Assembly: GCA_025934955.1 (NCBI GenBank)
Contig: JAICWE010000005.1
Span: forward strand, 11,558-75,557
DNA length: 64,000 bases
DNA from: Gemmatimonadales bacterium
Lineage (GTDB): Bacteria > Gemmatimonadota > Gemmatimonadetes > Gemmatimonadales > GWC2-71-9
Direction: 5' to 3'
Shown: in pieces, positions 1 to 10,014 of the stretch
How positions within the stretch are numbered: position 1 is the stretch's first letter
Layout: each line of letters starts with the position of its first letter
The notes under the pieces: model-generated
Database searches by the model: none
Seen by the model: the letters and a program-made list of their open reading frames with translations, nothing else
Told to the model about the DNA's origin: nothing
Made by a program: the position numbers and the translations under genes

Positions 1-2
1 AT

Positions 3-536
3 CGGCTCGCGGCGGATGCGGGCGCGGCCCGGACGCCGAAGCCGTGGCGCGGCCTGGCCGCCGAGAGCCGAGGCGGCGTGCTGCTCGACCACGGCTCGCA
101 CCTGATCTACTCCCTGCTCGACGTCGCCGGTCCCCCCGCCGCACTCCGGAGCTGGCTCGGCCGTCTGCGCCACTCGGAGTACGACGTGGAGGACACGGCC
201 CACCTGCTGCTGGAGTATCCCGAGCGGCTCGCGCTGCTCTTCCTCACCTGGGCCGGCGGCCATCGCGAGAACCTGATTCGCTTCGTCGGCGAGCGCGGGA
301 GCGTCGAGTGGCGCGGCGGCATGCTCACCGTCACCGGTGACGGCCGCGAGAGCCACACCGATTTCTCGGCCCAGCTCGACAAGGCGGCGTATGCGGGCTG
401 GTTCGCCCAGCTGTTCGGCGACTTCGCGGCGGCGCTCGATGCGGGCGAACGGGAGCGGCCGCTCGCCGACATCGCGGGCGTCGCGGCCGTGCTGGAAGAC
501 GCCTACGAGACGGCCGGCGCACCCGCCGGTGCGTGA
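3..536 (+). CDS. Gfo/Idh/MocA-family oxidoreductase, C-terminal part (5' end outside window)
   Basis: Frame 3 is open from the window edge to the TGA at 534-536. The segment 'GGVLLDHGSHLIYSLLDVAG...AAVLEDAYETA' resembles the C-terminal domain of this family. Called by eye only. Confidence 0.55.
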   Translation, partial: RLAADAGAARTPKPWRGLAAESRGGVLLDHGSHLIYSLLDVAGPPAALRSWLGRLRHSEYDVEDTAHLLLEYPERLALLFLTWAGGHRENLIRFVGERGSVEWRGGMLTVTGDGRESHTDFSAQLDKAAYAGWFAQLFGDFAAALDAGERERPLADIAGVAAVLEDAYETAGAPAGA

Positions 537-549
537 TTCGCGGTACCCG

Positions 550-1563
550 ATGCGTCGCAAGCTCCCACTCCTCCTCTTCCTCCTCGGCTTCGCCGGCTTC
601 AGCTACCTGGTGTTCCGGATCGGGCCGGCGCGCCTGCTGGCCGACGCGCGCACGACCGGCTGGCTGTTCGTTCCGCTGATCCTGCTGTACGCGCTGGTCT
701 TCCTCTGCCATGCGATCACCTGGCGCTTCCTCCTGGCCGATGCGCCGGAGCGACCGCCGTTCGGGCGGTTGTACGCGATCACCGTCGCCGGCTTCGCGCT
801 CAATACCGTGACGCCGGTGGTGCAGGCCGGCGGGCACGCCTTCCGGATCGCGAGCTTCGCGCCGTGGGTCGGGCGGCGGCGCTCGGCGAGCGCGACGATC
901 TCGTTCGTGATGATCCACGCGCTGGGCTCGGTGAGCACGTGGATCACTGCGCTGATCGGCGCGATCGTGCTGCTGCGCGACCGGCCCTACGTGCTGCCGG
1001 TGGGGCTCCCGTTGCTCGCGGGGCTGCTGCTCTTCGCGTGGATGCTGATCGGCGGACACCGGCACGGCGTGCTGGAGCGCGCGCTGGCGATCGTGCGCCG
1101 CCTGCCGCTGCCGGCCCGGGTCGAGCGCGCCCTCGAAGCGCGGCGCGAAGCGACCATCGCGGTGGACCGCCACATCACCGGCTTCTATCACGACGACCCG
1201 CGCCGGTTCCTGCTCGCGCTTCTGTTCGATTACCTGGCGCGCTGCATCGGATTCGTGGAGTACTGGATCGCCTGCGTCAGCGTCGGCGCGCACATCGGCT
1301 ACGAGCGCGCGTTCATGATCGGCGCGCTGGCCGCGCTGGGCGGCAACCTGCTCTTCTTCATCCCGTTCGAGCTGGGCTGGAAGGAAGGCGTGATGTACGG
1401 CCTCTTCGGCGCGCTCGGCATGGACCCGGCGACCGGCGTGTACGTCAGCGTGCTGACCCGCGTGCGCGAGGTGGTGTGGATCGGCCTCGGCGTGCTGCTC
1501 ACCTGGCTCGCGCCGCTGGGGACGCCCCGGCTCACGCCGGGCGCGGCGGAGCACGGGTCATAG
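550..1563 (+). CDS. Flippase-like / UPF0104 (LPG-synthase TM-type) integral membrane protein
   Basis: ATG at 550, internal to track ORF 337..1563, gives 337 aa starting MRRKLPLLLFLLGFAGFSYLVFRIG. Multiple hydrophobic TM segments. The upstream part of the track ORF is Arg/Ser-rich and overlaps the previous gene. Confidence 0.7.
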   Translation: MRRKLPLLLFLLGFAGFSYLVFRIGPARLLADARTTGWLFVPLILLYALVFLCHAITWRFLLADAPERPPFGRLYAITVAGFALNTVTPVVQAGGHAFRIASFAPWVGRRRSASATISFVMIHALGSVSTWITALIGAIVLLRDRPYVLPVGLPLLAGLLLFAWMLIGGHRHGVLERALAIVRRLPLPARVERALEARREATIAVDRHITGFYHDDPRRFLLALLFDYLARCIGFVEYWIACVSVGAHIGYERAFMIGALAALGGNLLFFIPFELGWKEGVMYGLFGALGMDPATGVYVSVLTRVREVVWIGLGVLLTWLAPLGTPRLTPGAAEHGS

Positions 1564-1577
1564 CGGCGACCCGGATT

Positions 1578-1634
1578 CAGCCGGCAGGAACCGGCTGGAT
1601 AAAGGAATGGCGCCTCCCAGGGGAGAGAGGCGCC
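1578..1634. terminator. Two GC hairpins between convergent genes (possible bidirectional terminators)
   Basis: CAGCCGG-N6-CCGGCTG at 1578-1597 and GGCGCCTC-N10-GAGGCGCC at 1609-1634. No clear U-tract. Confidence 0.35.
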
Positions 1635-1687
1635 GGGCGCGGAGCGGAGGAAGGTAGCTGTTGGGCCCCGCGGCGAGCTGGGTTCCT

Positions 1688-2065
1688 TCAGAAGCGGCCG
1701 GTCAATCTTGCGGTGGTCTCGGGATCGAGTGCGCCGGTAACGGGAAGTCGATTCTGCTGCTGGTAACGCCGAAGCGCGTCGGCCAGTTCCCGGCTCATCC
1801 GGCCGGTCACCTTGCCGTGGTACAGCCCCGCCTCACCGAGGAGTCGCTGCGCCTCGCGGATATTCCCGCGGGCGCTCGGTGCGCGCGGCAGCGACCGGCC
1901 GGCCACCGCCGCCTCGGGTGCGGTCGCCTGCGCGCGTGCCGGCGCGCGGACGGCGGCTCCCTGGCGATGCGGGGCGGCGCGCGTCTGTGCCGCGGCGCCG
2001 TGAGCGAGCGTGACCGTGAGACCGAATGCGAAGACGAGCATGGAGACGCGCGGGGGCAACGACAT
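1688..2065 (-). CDS. Secreted peptidoglycan-binding domain protein
   Basis: 125 aa. Signal-like N-terminus MSLPPRVSMLVFAFGLTVTLAHGAAAQ. The C-terminal 'AQRLLGEAGLYHGKVTGRMSRELADALRRYQQQNRLPVTGALDPET' matches the PG_binding_1 type repeat. Confidence 0.7.
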   Translation of the reverse strand: MSLPPRVSMLVFAFGLTVTLAHGAAAQTRAAPHRQGAAVRAPARAQATAPEAAVAGRSLPRAPSARGNIREAQRLLGEAGLYHGKVTGRMSRELADALRRYQQQNRLPVTGALDPETTARLTGRF

Positions 2066-2168
2066 GAGACAGGCCCGGTGAGAGGTGCGCCGATGCTAGC
2101 GTCGCACCGTCAATCCGGGTTCCAGCGGGCCGCGCAGCATTTCCGCGCGGCGATGAGCGTTTCGCTGC

Positions 2169-2831
2169 CTAGCGTCCGCGCCGCCTGACTCCGCCGGCGA
2201 TCTCCTCCATCGTACGCCCGGTCGCGACTGACGTGGTCCACTCCGCCGTCACATCCGAGCCCGCCTCGGCGAACTCGTCGCGATGCTTGATGAGGAGCCA
2301 TTGCGGCCGGCCCGGCCGTCGCATCCGCACCAGGGCCCAGGAGCCGCGGAGCCGCTTGCCGTGGAGCGCGATCTTGAGGTCGCCCCCGGCATAGCCCTCT
2401 CGCAGCCCGGCCACCGGATCGGCCAGGGGCCCGTCGTAGCCGAAGGTGCCGCGATCCCAGAGCATCACGGTGCCGCCGCCGTACTGGCCGGCCGGGATGG
2501 TACCCTCGAACTTGTTGTACTCGATCGGATGATCCTCGACCTGCATGGCCAGCCGCTTGACCGCGGGATCGAGGCTCGGGCCCTTCGGCACCGCCCAGCT
2601 CTTCATCACGCCATCGAGCTCGAGGCGAAGGTCGTAATGCAGGTGACTCGCCGCGTGCTTCTGGATGACGAACGCCCAACGCACGCCGCGTTGGGCGCGG
2701 CCGCCCCGGGGCTCGGCGGTTTCGGCGAAGTCGCGCTTCCGCTGGTACTCGTCGAGCGGCGGCGCAGGCGGCGCAGGCGGCGCGGACTGCGCAGAGCGGG
2801 CGGTGCGCTTGGCGGACTTCTCCGTGGCCAT
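2169..2831 (-). CDS. Standalone DNA ligase D 3'-phosphoesterase (LigD PE) domain protein
   Basis: ATG at 2831, internal to the artefactual 651-aa track ORF, gives 220 aa. 'FVIQKHAASHLHYDLRLELDGVMKSWAVPKGPS...HPIEYNKFEGTIPAGQYGGGTVMLWD' is the LigD PE signature. Confidence 0.8.
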   Translation of the reverse strand: MATEKSAKRTARSAQSAPPAPPAPPLDEYQRKRDFAETAEPRGGRAQRGVRWAFVIQKHAASHLHYDLRLELDGVMKSWAVPKGPSLDPAVKRLAMQVEDHPIEYNKFEGTIPAGQYGGGTVMLWDRGTFGYDGPLADPVAGLREGYAGGDLKIALHGKRLRGSWALVRMRRPGRPQWLLIKHRDEFAEAGSDVTAEWTTSVATGRTMEEIAGGVRRRGR

Positions 2832-2836
2832 GACCG

Positions 2837-2842
2837 AAGCTA
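2837..2842 (-). promoter_or_regulatory. -10-like TAGCTT 5 nt upstream of the LigD-PE ATG (leaderless candidate)
   Basis: Minus strand reads GGATAGCTT-cggtc-ATG. No Shine-Dalgarno. Confidence 0.35.
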
Positions 2843-2887
2843 TCCCGCGCGCGGGCGGCGTTCTGTGAGGCAGCACCCTCCGGTCGC

Positions 2888-4183
2888 TCAGCGCGCCGGC
2901 GAGGCACCGCAGGCGGCCGCGCGCTCGAGCAGCAGCGTCCGCTCGCGGGCATTCCGGGCGAGTGACGCGGCGCGCTCCAGTTCGGCGCGGGCTTCGGCGC
3001 GGCGGCCGAGCTTCATGAGAAAGTCGGCCCGAACCGCCGGCAGCAGATGGTACTTCGTGAGCGACGGATCCGAGATCAACCGATCGGCGAGCTCGAGGCC
3101 CGCGGCCGGCCCGTGCGCCATTCCTTCCGCCACCGCGCGGTTCAGCTCCACCACCGGCGACGGCGTGGCCAGCGCGAGTGCGGCATAGAGCGACGCGATG
3201 CGCGCCCAGTCGGTTTCCGCCGCGGTGCGGGCGCGGGCGTGACAGGCGGCGATCGCCGCCTGGAGCGGGTAGCGTCCGTTCCCGCCGCCCAGCTGCTCGG
3301 CTCTCGCGAGCGCCACGAGCCCGCGGCGAATGAGGAGCTGATCCCAGCGCCCGCGGTCCTGATCCAGGAGCAGCACCGGCTCGCCCGACGGCCCGACCCG
3401 CGCGCGGAGCCGCGATGCCTGGATCTCCATCAGCGCGACGAGCCCGTGCACCTCCGCCTCCGCCGGCGCGAGTGAGGCCAGCACCCGGCCGAGTCGGAGC
3501 GCGTCCTCGCACAGCGCGGGGCGAACCCAGTCCTCGCCGGCGGTGGCCGAGTAGCCCTCGTTGAAGATCAGATAGATGACCTCGAGCACCGACGAGAGGC
3601 GCTCGCCAAGCTCGGCCGCGCGCGGCGCCTCGAAGCCGACCCTCGCCTCCGCCAGCGTCCGCTTTGCCCGCACGATCCGCTGCGCGATCGTCGGCTCGGG
3701 GACGAGGAAGGCGCGCGCGATCTCCGCCGTGGTGAGCCCGCCGAGGAGCCGGAGCGTGAGCGCGAGGCGCGCCTCGGTGGAGAGCACCGGGTGGCAGGTG
3801 GTGAAGATGAGCCTGAGAAGGTCGTCGCCCACCGGATCGTCCAGCGCGGCGTCGAGCGCGGCGGCACCGTCCTCCTGCCGCGCGTCGAGCTCGCGGCCCA
3901 ACTCCTGGTGCTTGCGGTCGAGCCGGGTGCGACGGCGGAGCAGGTCCATCGCCCGATGCTTCGCGGTGGCCATGAGCCAGGCGCCGGGATTCTCCGGCAC
4001 GCCCGACTCCGGCCACCGCTCGAGCGCCGCGACCAAGGCGTCCTGCGCCAAGTCCTCCGCGGCGCCTACGTCGCCCACCATCCGCGCGAGGCCGGCGATG
4101 AGCCGGGCCGATTCGATGCGCCACACGGCGTCGATCGCGCGATGAGTGTCGGATGTCCGGTCGGATGCCCTCACGGCATCCAA
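2888..4183 (-). CDS. ECF-type RNA polymerase sigma factor with long TPR-like C-terminal extension (ECF42-like)
   Basis: 431 aa. Sigma2 region 'AIDAVWRIESARLIAGLARMVGDVGAAEDLAQDALVAALERW'. Sigma4 region 'LRLLGGLTTAEIARAFLVPEPTIAQRIVRAKRTL'. About 200 aa of extra C-terminal helical region. The start is TTG 4183 or GTG 4174 (unresolved). Confidence 0.85.
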   Translation of the reverse strand: MDAVRASDRTSDTHRAIDAVWRIESARLIAGLARMVGDVGAAEDLAQDALVAALERWPESGVPENPGAWLMATAKHRAMDLLRRRTRLDRKHQELGRELDARQEDGAAALDAALDDPVGDDLLRLIFTTCHPVLSTEARLALTLRLLGGLTTAEIARAFLVPEPTIAQRIVRAKRTLAEARVGFEAPRAAELGERLSSVLEVIYLIFNEGYSATAGEDWVRPALCEDALRLGRVLASLAPAEAEVHGLVALMEIQASRLRARVGPSGEPVLLLDQDRGRWDQLLIRRGLVALARAEQLGGGNGRYPLQAAIAACHARARTAAETDWARIASLYAALALATPSPVVELNRAVAEGMAHGPAAGLELADRLISDPSLTKYHLLPAVRADFLMKLGRRAEARAELERAASLARNARERTLLLERAAACGASPAR

Positions 4184-4271
4184 TCAGACCCGATTCAGCC
4201 CCCGGTGCAACCCGGCCTGCCGCCGCGCGAGGCGGAGCTGTTGCGTGTGCGTCTATCGGGCGCGAACGGGA

Positions 4272-4697
4272 TTACTTGCGGCTCTCGACCTGAGCGCGCA
4301 GCCGGTTCTCCGCCTCGCGCAGCTCCGGCGTGAACTCGGGCCCGAAGTCCTCGGCCTCGAACACCTGACGGATTTCGAGCTCCGAATTACCCGGCATCGG
4401 GTTGGGGCACCGCTTGACCCACTCGATCGCCTCGTCCATCGAGCGCACCTGCCAGAGCCAGAAGCCGGCGACCAGCTCCTTCGTCTCGGCGAACGGCCCG
4501 TCCACGACGGTCCGCTGCGAACCGGAGAACTTGACGCGCGCGCCCTTCGAGCTCGGCTTGAGCCCCTCGCCGGCGAGCATCACACCGGCCTTCACCAGCT
4601 CCTCGTTGAACTTGCCCATCGCGGCCAGCAGCTCGGTGCTCGGCATGACGCCGGCCTCGGAGTCCTTCGTCGCCTTCACCATCACCATGACGCGCAT
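4272..4697 (-). CDS. YciI / DGPF-domain family protein
   Basis: ATG at 4697 preceded by AGGAG gives 141 aa: 'MRVMVMVKATKDSEAGVMPS...VVDGPFAETKELVAGFWLWQV'. This is the DGPF motif family, sitting immediately upstream of the ECF sigma gene. Confidence 0.85.
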   Translation of the reverse strand: MRVMVMVKATKDSEAGVMPSTELLAAMGKFNEELVKAGVMLAGEGLKPSSKGARVKFSGSQRTVVDGPFAETKELVAGFWLWQVRSMDEAIEWVKRCPNPMPGNSELEIRQVFEAEDFGPEFTPELREAENRLRAQVESRK

Positions 4698-4775
4698 CGT
4701 CGTCTCCTGTCGGATTCGGGTTCGAAGCCGGTGGCCGCGCCGTCGCGGCCTTGGGCCCGGGTGCCTCACTTACAC

Positions 4776-4802
4776 GTCGAACGAGCCCGGCCAAATTCGA
4801 CA
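4776..4802 (-). promoter_or_regulatory. Candidate ECF42-type promoter upstream of the YciI-sigma operon
   Basis: Minus strand reads TGTCGA-atttggccgggctcgt-TCGAC, about 75 nt upstream of ATG 4697. It resembles the TGTCGA / CG(A/T)C motif I recall being reported for ECF42 targets. Confidence 0.4.
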
Positions 4803-4874
4803 CGGGCTCCAAGTTGCAGGTTGGGACTGAGCGCGCTGGATCTGCGGGGCGATCGGAGGCGAGCGCGGTGCAGC

Positions 4875-6321
<1,447 letters not shown>

Positions 6322-6329
<8 letters not shown>

Positions 6330-7887
6330 GCGGTTCTCCCACCGGAAGCGTCAGCCGCCACACCGTCCCTCGCGCGCTCGGCACGTGCACCAGATCGCCG
6401 CCGGACGCGCGGGCCAGGCGCCGGCTCACCGCGAGGCCGAGCCCGGTGCCGGCGCCTTCCTTGGTCGTGGCGAACGGCTCGAACAGGTGCTGCCGCGCCT
6501 GGGCCGCGAGTCCGGGACCGGTGTCGGCCACCTCGAGCCACGCCTGCTCCGCGTCGGCACCGGTGCGAATGACGACGCGCCCGCCCGGCGTCAACGCTTC
6601 GATCGCGTTCTTGAGCAGGTTGAGCAGCACCTGCTCGACCAGCGCCGGGTCGCACGACGCGAGGGCGGGCACGGTTTCCTCGAGCGTCGCACTGAGCCCC
6701 GCCTGGCCGAGCGACGGATCGAGAAACTGGAGGATCCGCTGCGCCACCGCGGTCAGATCCGTCACGCGAAGCGCCGGCGCGGGCCAGGCGCGGGCCCCGA
6801 GCCGCGCGCGGACGATTGCCGCGACCCGGTCCACCTGTGCCAGCACCAGCTGCACCCGCTCGAGCTCCGGCTGGTCGCCGGCGGCGCGGAGGTCGTCGCG
6901 CAGGAGCTGGAGATGACCGCGCACGGTGTTGAGCGGCGTGCCGATCTCGTGGGCGAACTCGGTCGCCGTCTGCTCCGCGAGCGCGAGCCGGTCGTAGCCG
7001 CGGGCCCGCTCCTCCAGCGCGAGCAGCGCCGCGCGCGCGTCGCTCTCGCGCTCCCGCGCCACCAGCGCATCGCGCAGCTCGTTGTATCGCCGCGCCAGCC
7101 CGCGGAACTCCTCGGGGCCCATGAGCCGCGCCGACGGCGCGCTTTCGACGCCGCCGTGGGCCCGCGCCATCGTGCGGCCGAGCAGCGCCAGCGGCCGCGC
7201 GACCCAGCGGCTGGTGAGCACCCCGACGCCGGTCGCTACGAGTATCGCCGAGGCAAAGGCGAAGAGATAGGCGCGACGGCGCTCGCGCGACGTCCAGTCC
7301 TCCAGCCGGCGGGTCGAGACCGTCACCCGCAGGATGCCCCACGGATGGGGATCGCCCAGCACCGCCGCGACCTCCCACGGGACGCTGCGGCCGCTGCCGC
7401 GCCACACCGTCGTGTGCTCCGCCGCGAGGGCCGCCGAGTCGTTGGCGGTCGGTGTCACCGGATCGGCCCGCGGGCTCCGTCCGATGGCGATCAGGCCGGC
7501 TGGCGTGGTGGCGAACACGACTGCCTGGGTTCGCGCCAGCCGTTCCGCCGGCCAGCGCGCCAGCGCGGCCTGCACCGCGGCCGCGTCACCGGTGGGCGCG
7601 CCGTGCTCCAGCAGGGCCGCCCACGATTCGGCGAGCGCGATGGACTCGCCGCGGTAATCGTCGAGCCGTTCCTCTTCCGAGAGGTAGGTCGAGAGCTCCG
7701 TGGCCGCGAGCACCAGGAGCACCGCCATGACCGCTGTGAGCAGCGCCAGCCGCCGCGAGAGACCCATGCGATGCCGGGACGAAGTGATCGAGGCGCGCCG
7801 ACGCGCCTCCGGCCTTGAATCTGGCTCGGGGCCGGACGCGCGGCCAGCACGCGCCGCTTGGGCGGGATCGATGGTGGGCGTGGCCAT
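6322..7887 (-). CDS. Sensor histidine kinase (two TM segments, HisKA + HATPase)
   Basis: H-box 'FAHEIGTPLNTVRGHL'. G-boxes 'DTGPGL...GTGLGLAVSRRLA'. Overlaps the regulator gene by 8 nt. The start is ATG 7887, or ATG 7767 (MGLSRRLALLTAVMAVLLV); this is unresolved. Confidence 0.85.
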
Positions 7888-7926
7888 GGACGGGAAACCG
7901 GCTCGGGTCGAGAGCGGCGGCGCGGG

Positions 7927-7942
7927 TGCACGCCTTGTGCCG
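7927..7942 (-). promoter_or_regulatory. Sigma-54 (-24/-12) promoter candidate reading into the kinase/NtrC operon
   Basis: Minus strand reads cGGCAC-aaggc-gTGCA with exact GG-N10-GC spacing. It is intergenic and correctly oriented, about 40 nt upstream of ATG 7887. Confidence 0.5.
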
Positions 7943-8017
7943 ATCGGCGGGCCGAGTGCGGCCCCGCCGTCCGACCGGGCCTCGGCCGGCCGGCCGCCAT
8001 CTGCGGTCCCGCGAGCG

Positions 8018-8058
8018 GGACAGCTTGTCCGCAGGCCGCATCCGGGGACACATTGGCC
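8018..8058. promoter_or_regulatory. Two related dyad-like sites (possible enhancer/UAS for the NtrC-type activator)
   Basis: GGACAgcTTGTCC (8018-8030) and GGACAcaTTGGCC (8046-8058) share 10/13 positions. They lie about 105-135 nt upstream of the predicted sigma-54 start site. Confidence 0.3.
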
Positions 8059-8150
8059 GAGCCCGCGAATCTTCCGGTCGCCGCCGCCCGTCGGGAGTGC
8101 GGCCGACCGCAGTCGTCACCCATCCTGCCATTGCCTTCGAGGACCGTCGC

Positions 8151-9326
8151 ATGATCCGCCGACCCGTCGCGCTCGCCCTCGCCGTCGCGGCCATCGCGCC
8201 GCTCGCCCTTCCCGGTTCCGTCGCCGCGCAATCCACCGAGCACGCCGCCTTCGTCACCCGGCTCGGCGACGACACGCTCGCAATCGAGCGCTTCACCCGC
8301 ACCCACTCGCGGCTGGAGGCCGATCGCGTCATCCGGTCGCCCCGCACGGCGGTGCTGCACTACGTCGCGACCATCGGGCCCGACGGGCGGGTGACGCGGA
8401 TCGAGGGATCGAGCCGCCCCGGCAGCGCGCTCGATGCGCCGGCGACGCAGTCGAGCACCGTGGAGTTCGGCCGCGACACCGCGGTCGTCACGCTGCGCAT
8501 GGGCGACAGCACGCGCACGATGCGCGTCGCCGCGGCGGCCGGCGCGGTGCCGATGTTCAACATGACCTACGCGCTCTACGAGCAGGCCATCCGCCAGGCA
8601 CTGACGAGCAAGGCGGACAGCGTGCCGCTGTGGCTGGTCTTCCCCGGCGCGCCACAGGCGACCGAAACCTGGGTGGCCCGCGGGAAGAACCGGGACTCGG
8701 TCACCGTCGGCACCTTCGGTCTGCCGTCGCACGCGCGGGTGGACGCGCACGGACGCATGCTCGGCTTCGAGGGGCTGCAGACGACCGTGAAGGTGGTGGT
8801 CACCCGCATCCCCGACGCCGACATCACGGCGCTGGCCCGCGCCTTTGCCGCGAAGGAGGCGTCGGGCCGGCCGATGGGCCAGCTCAGCCCGCGCGACACG
8901 GCGCGCGCCGAGTTCGCCGGGGCGCACCTGCTGGTGGATTACGGCCGGCCGAGCCGGCGCGGCCGCACGATCCTCGGCGGCATCGTGCCGTGGGGCCAGG
9001 TCTGGCGCACCGGCGCCAACGCCGCGACGCAGTTCGAGACCGACCGCGACCTCGTCATCGGCGGCACGCCGATCAAGGCAGGCAAGTACACCCTCTGGAC
9101 CTTGCCCGCCGAGAGCGGCACGCAGCTCATCGTGAACGGCCAGACCGGCCAGTGGGGCACGGATTACGACGCGTCGCACGACCTCGCCCACATCCCGGTC
9201 CACACCGCCTCGCTCGGCGCGCCGGTGGAGCAGTTCACCATCGCGCTCGAGCCCACCGTCGCAGGCGGCACGCTGCGGATGCAGTGGGGCACGACGGAGT
9301 GGACGGTGCCGGTCGAGGTGAAGTAG
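8151..9326 (+). CDS. Secreted two-domain protein with C-terminal DUF2911-like domain
   Basis: ATG 8151 gives 391 aa with signal '[27 protein letters not shown]'. The C-terminal '[56 protein letters not shown]' resembles DUF2911. Confidence 0.7.
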   Translation: MIRRPVALALAVAAIAPLALPGSVAAQSTEHAAFVTRLGDDTLAIERFTRTHSRLEADRVIRSPRTAVLHYVATIGPDGRVTRIEGSSRPGSALDAPATQSSTVEFGRDTAVVTLRMGDSTRTMRVAAAAGAVPMFNMTYALYEQAIRQALTSKADSVPLWLVFPGAPQATETWVARGKNRDSVTVGTFGLPSHARVDAHGRMLGFEGLQTTVKVVVTRIPDADITALARAFAAKEASGRPMGQLSPRDTARAEFAGAHLLVDYGRPSRRGRTILGGIVPWGQVWRTGANAATQFETDRDLVIGGTPIKAGKYTLWTLPAESGTQLIVNGQTGQWGTDYDASHDLAHIPVHTASLGAPVEQFTIALEPTVAGGTLRMQWGTTEWTVPVEVK

Positions 9327-9358
9327 CCGCGCGCCTCCCGCGGACCGGGGGCCGGCGC

Positions 9359-9364
9359 CATATT
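9359..9364 (+). promoter_or_regulatory. -10-like CATATT 8 nt upstream of the upp ATG (leaderless candidate)
   Basis: CATATT-caacgtcc-ATG. No SD. Confidence 0.3.
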
Positions 9365-9372
9365 CAACGTCC

Positions 9373-10014
9373 ATGGCGCCGGCCCTCCCCAACCTCACCG
9401 TTCTTGGCCACCCGCTCATCCGACACAAGCTCACTTTGCTGCGCGACCGGCGCACCTCCACGCGCGACTTCAAGCAGCTGGTGAGCGAGATCGCGATGCT
9501 GATGGCCTACGAGGTGACCAAGGACCTGCCGACCGAGCCGGTCGAGATCGACACGCCGCTCGAGCGCATGACAGGCGAGCAGGTCTCAGGCAAGAAGCTC
9601 ACGCTGGTACCGATCCTCCGCGCGGGGCTCGGGATGGTCGAAGGCATCGCGCAGCTGATCCCGTCGGCGCGGGTGGGGCACATCGGGCTCTACCGCGACC
9701 ACGACACGCTGCAGCCGGTGGACTACTACTTCAAGATTCCCGGCGCCGGCGAGGCCCGCGACTTCCTGGTGCTCGACCCGATGCTCGCGACCGGCGGCTC
9801 GGCGGTCGCGGCCCTCACCGCGCTCAAGGCCGCCGGCGTGCGGCGGCTCCGCTTCCTCTGTATCGTCGCGGCGCCCGAGGGCGTGCACCTCATGCTCGAC
9901 GCGCACCCCGACGTCCCGGTCTACGCCGCCGCGCTCGATCGCCGGCTCAACGAGCGCGGCTACATCCTCCCCGGCCTGGGCGACGCCGGCGACCGCCTCT
10001 TCGGAACCCACTGA
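9373..10014 (+). CDS. upp: Uracil phosphoribosyltransferase
   Basis: 213 aa. '[37 protein letters not shown]...[11 protein letters not shown]...[16 protein letters not shown]'. Confidence 0.9.
   Translation: MAPALPNLTVLGHPLIRHKLTLLRDRRTSTRDFKQLVSEIAMLMAYEVTKDLPTEPVEIDTPLERMTGEQVSGKKLTLVPILRAGLGMVEGIAQLIPSARVGHIGLYRDHDTLQPVDYYFKIPGAGEARDFLVLDPMLATGGSAVAALTALKAAGVRRLRFLCIVAAPEGVHLMLDAHPDVPVYAAALDRRLNERGYILPGLGDAGDRLFGTH

Noticed and set aside
331-1554. 407-aa minus-strand ORF antisense to the membrane-protein gene.
   Set aside because: Arg/Pro/Glu/His-rich low-complexity translation, typical of out-of-frame or antisense reading of high-GC coding DNA. The plus-strand frame gives a coherent TM protein.
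2832-4124. The N-terminal 430 codons of track ORF 2169..4124 (651 aa).
   Set aside because: This part overlaps the ECF sigma gene in another frame and is Arg/Gly/Ala-rich. Only the last 220 codons, from ATG 2831, form the LigD-PE domain.
7790-7809. GAGGCGCG-ccga-CGCGCCTC hairpin between the two candidate starts of the sensor kinase.
   Set aside because: It is either inside the coding sequence (if the start is 7887) or an unremarkable GC hairpin in a leader. No U-tract or conserved motif.
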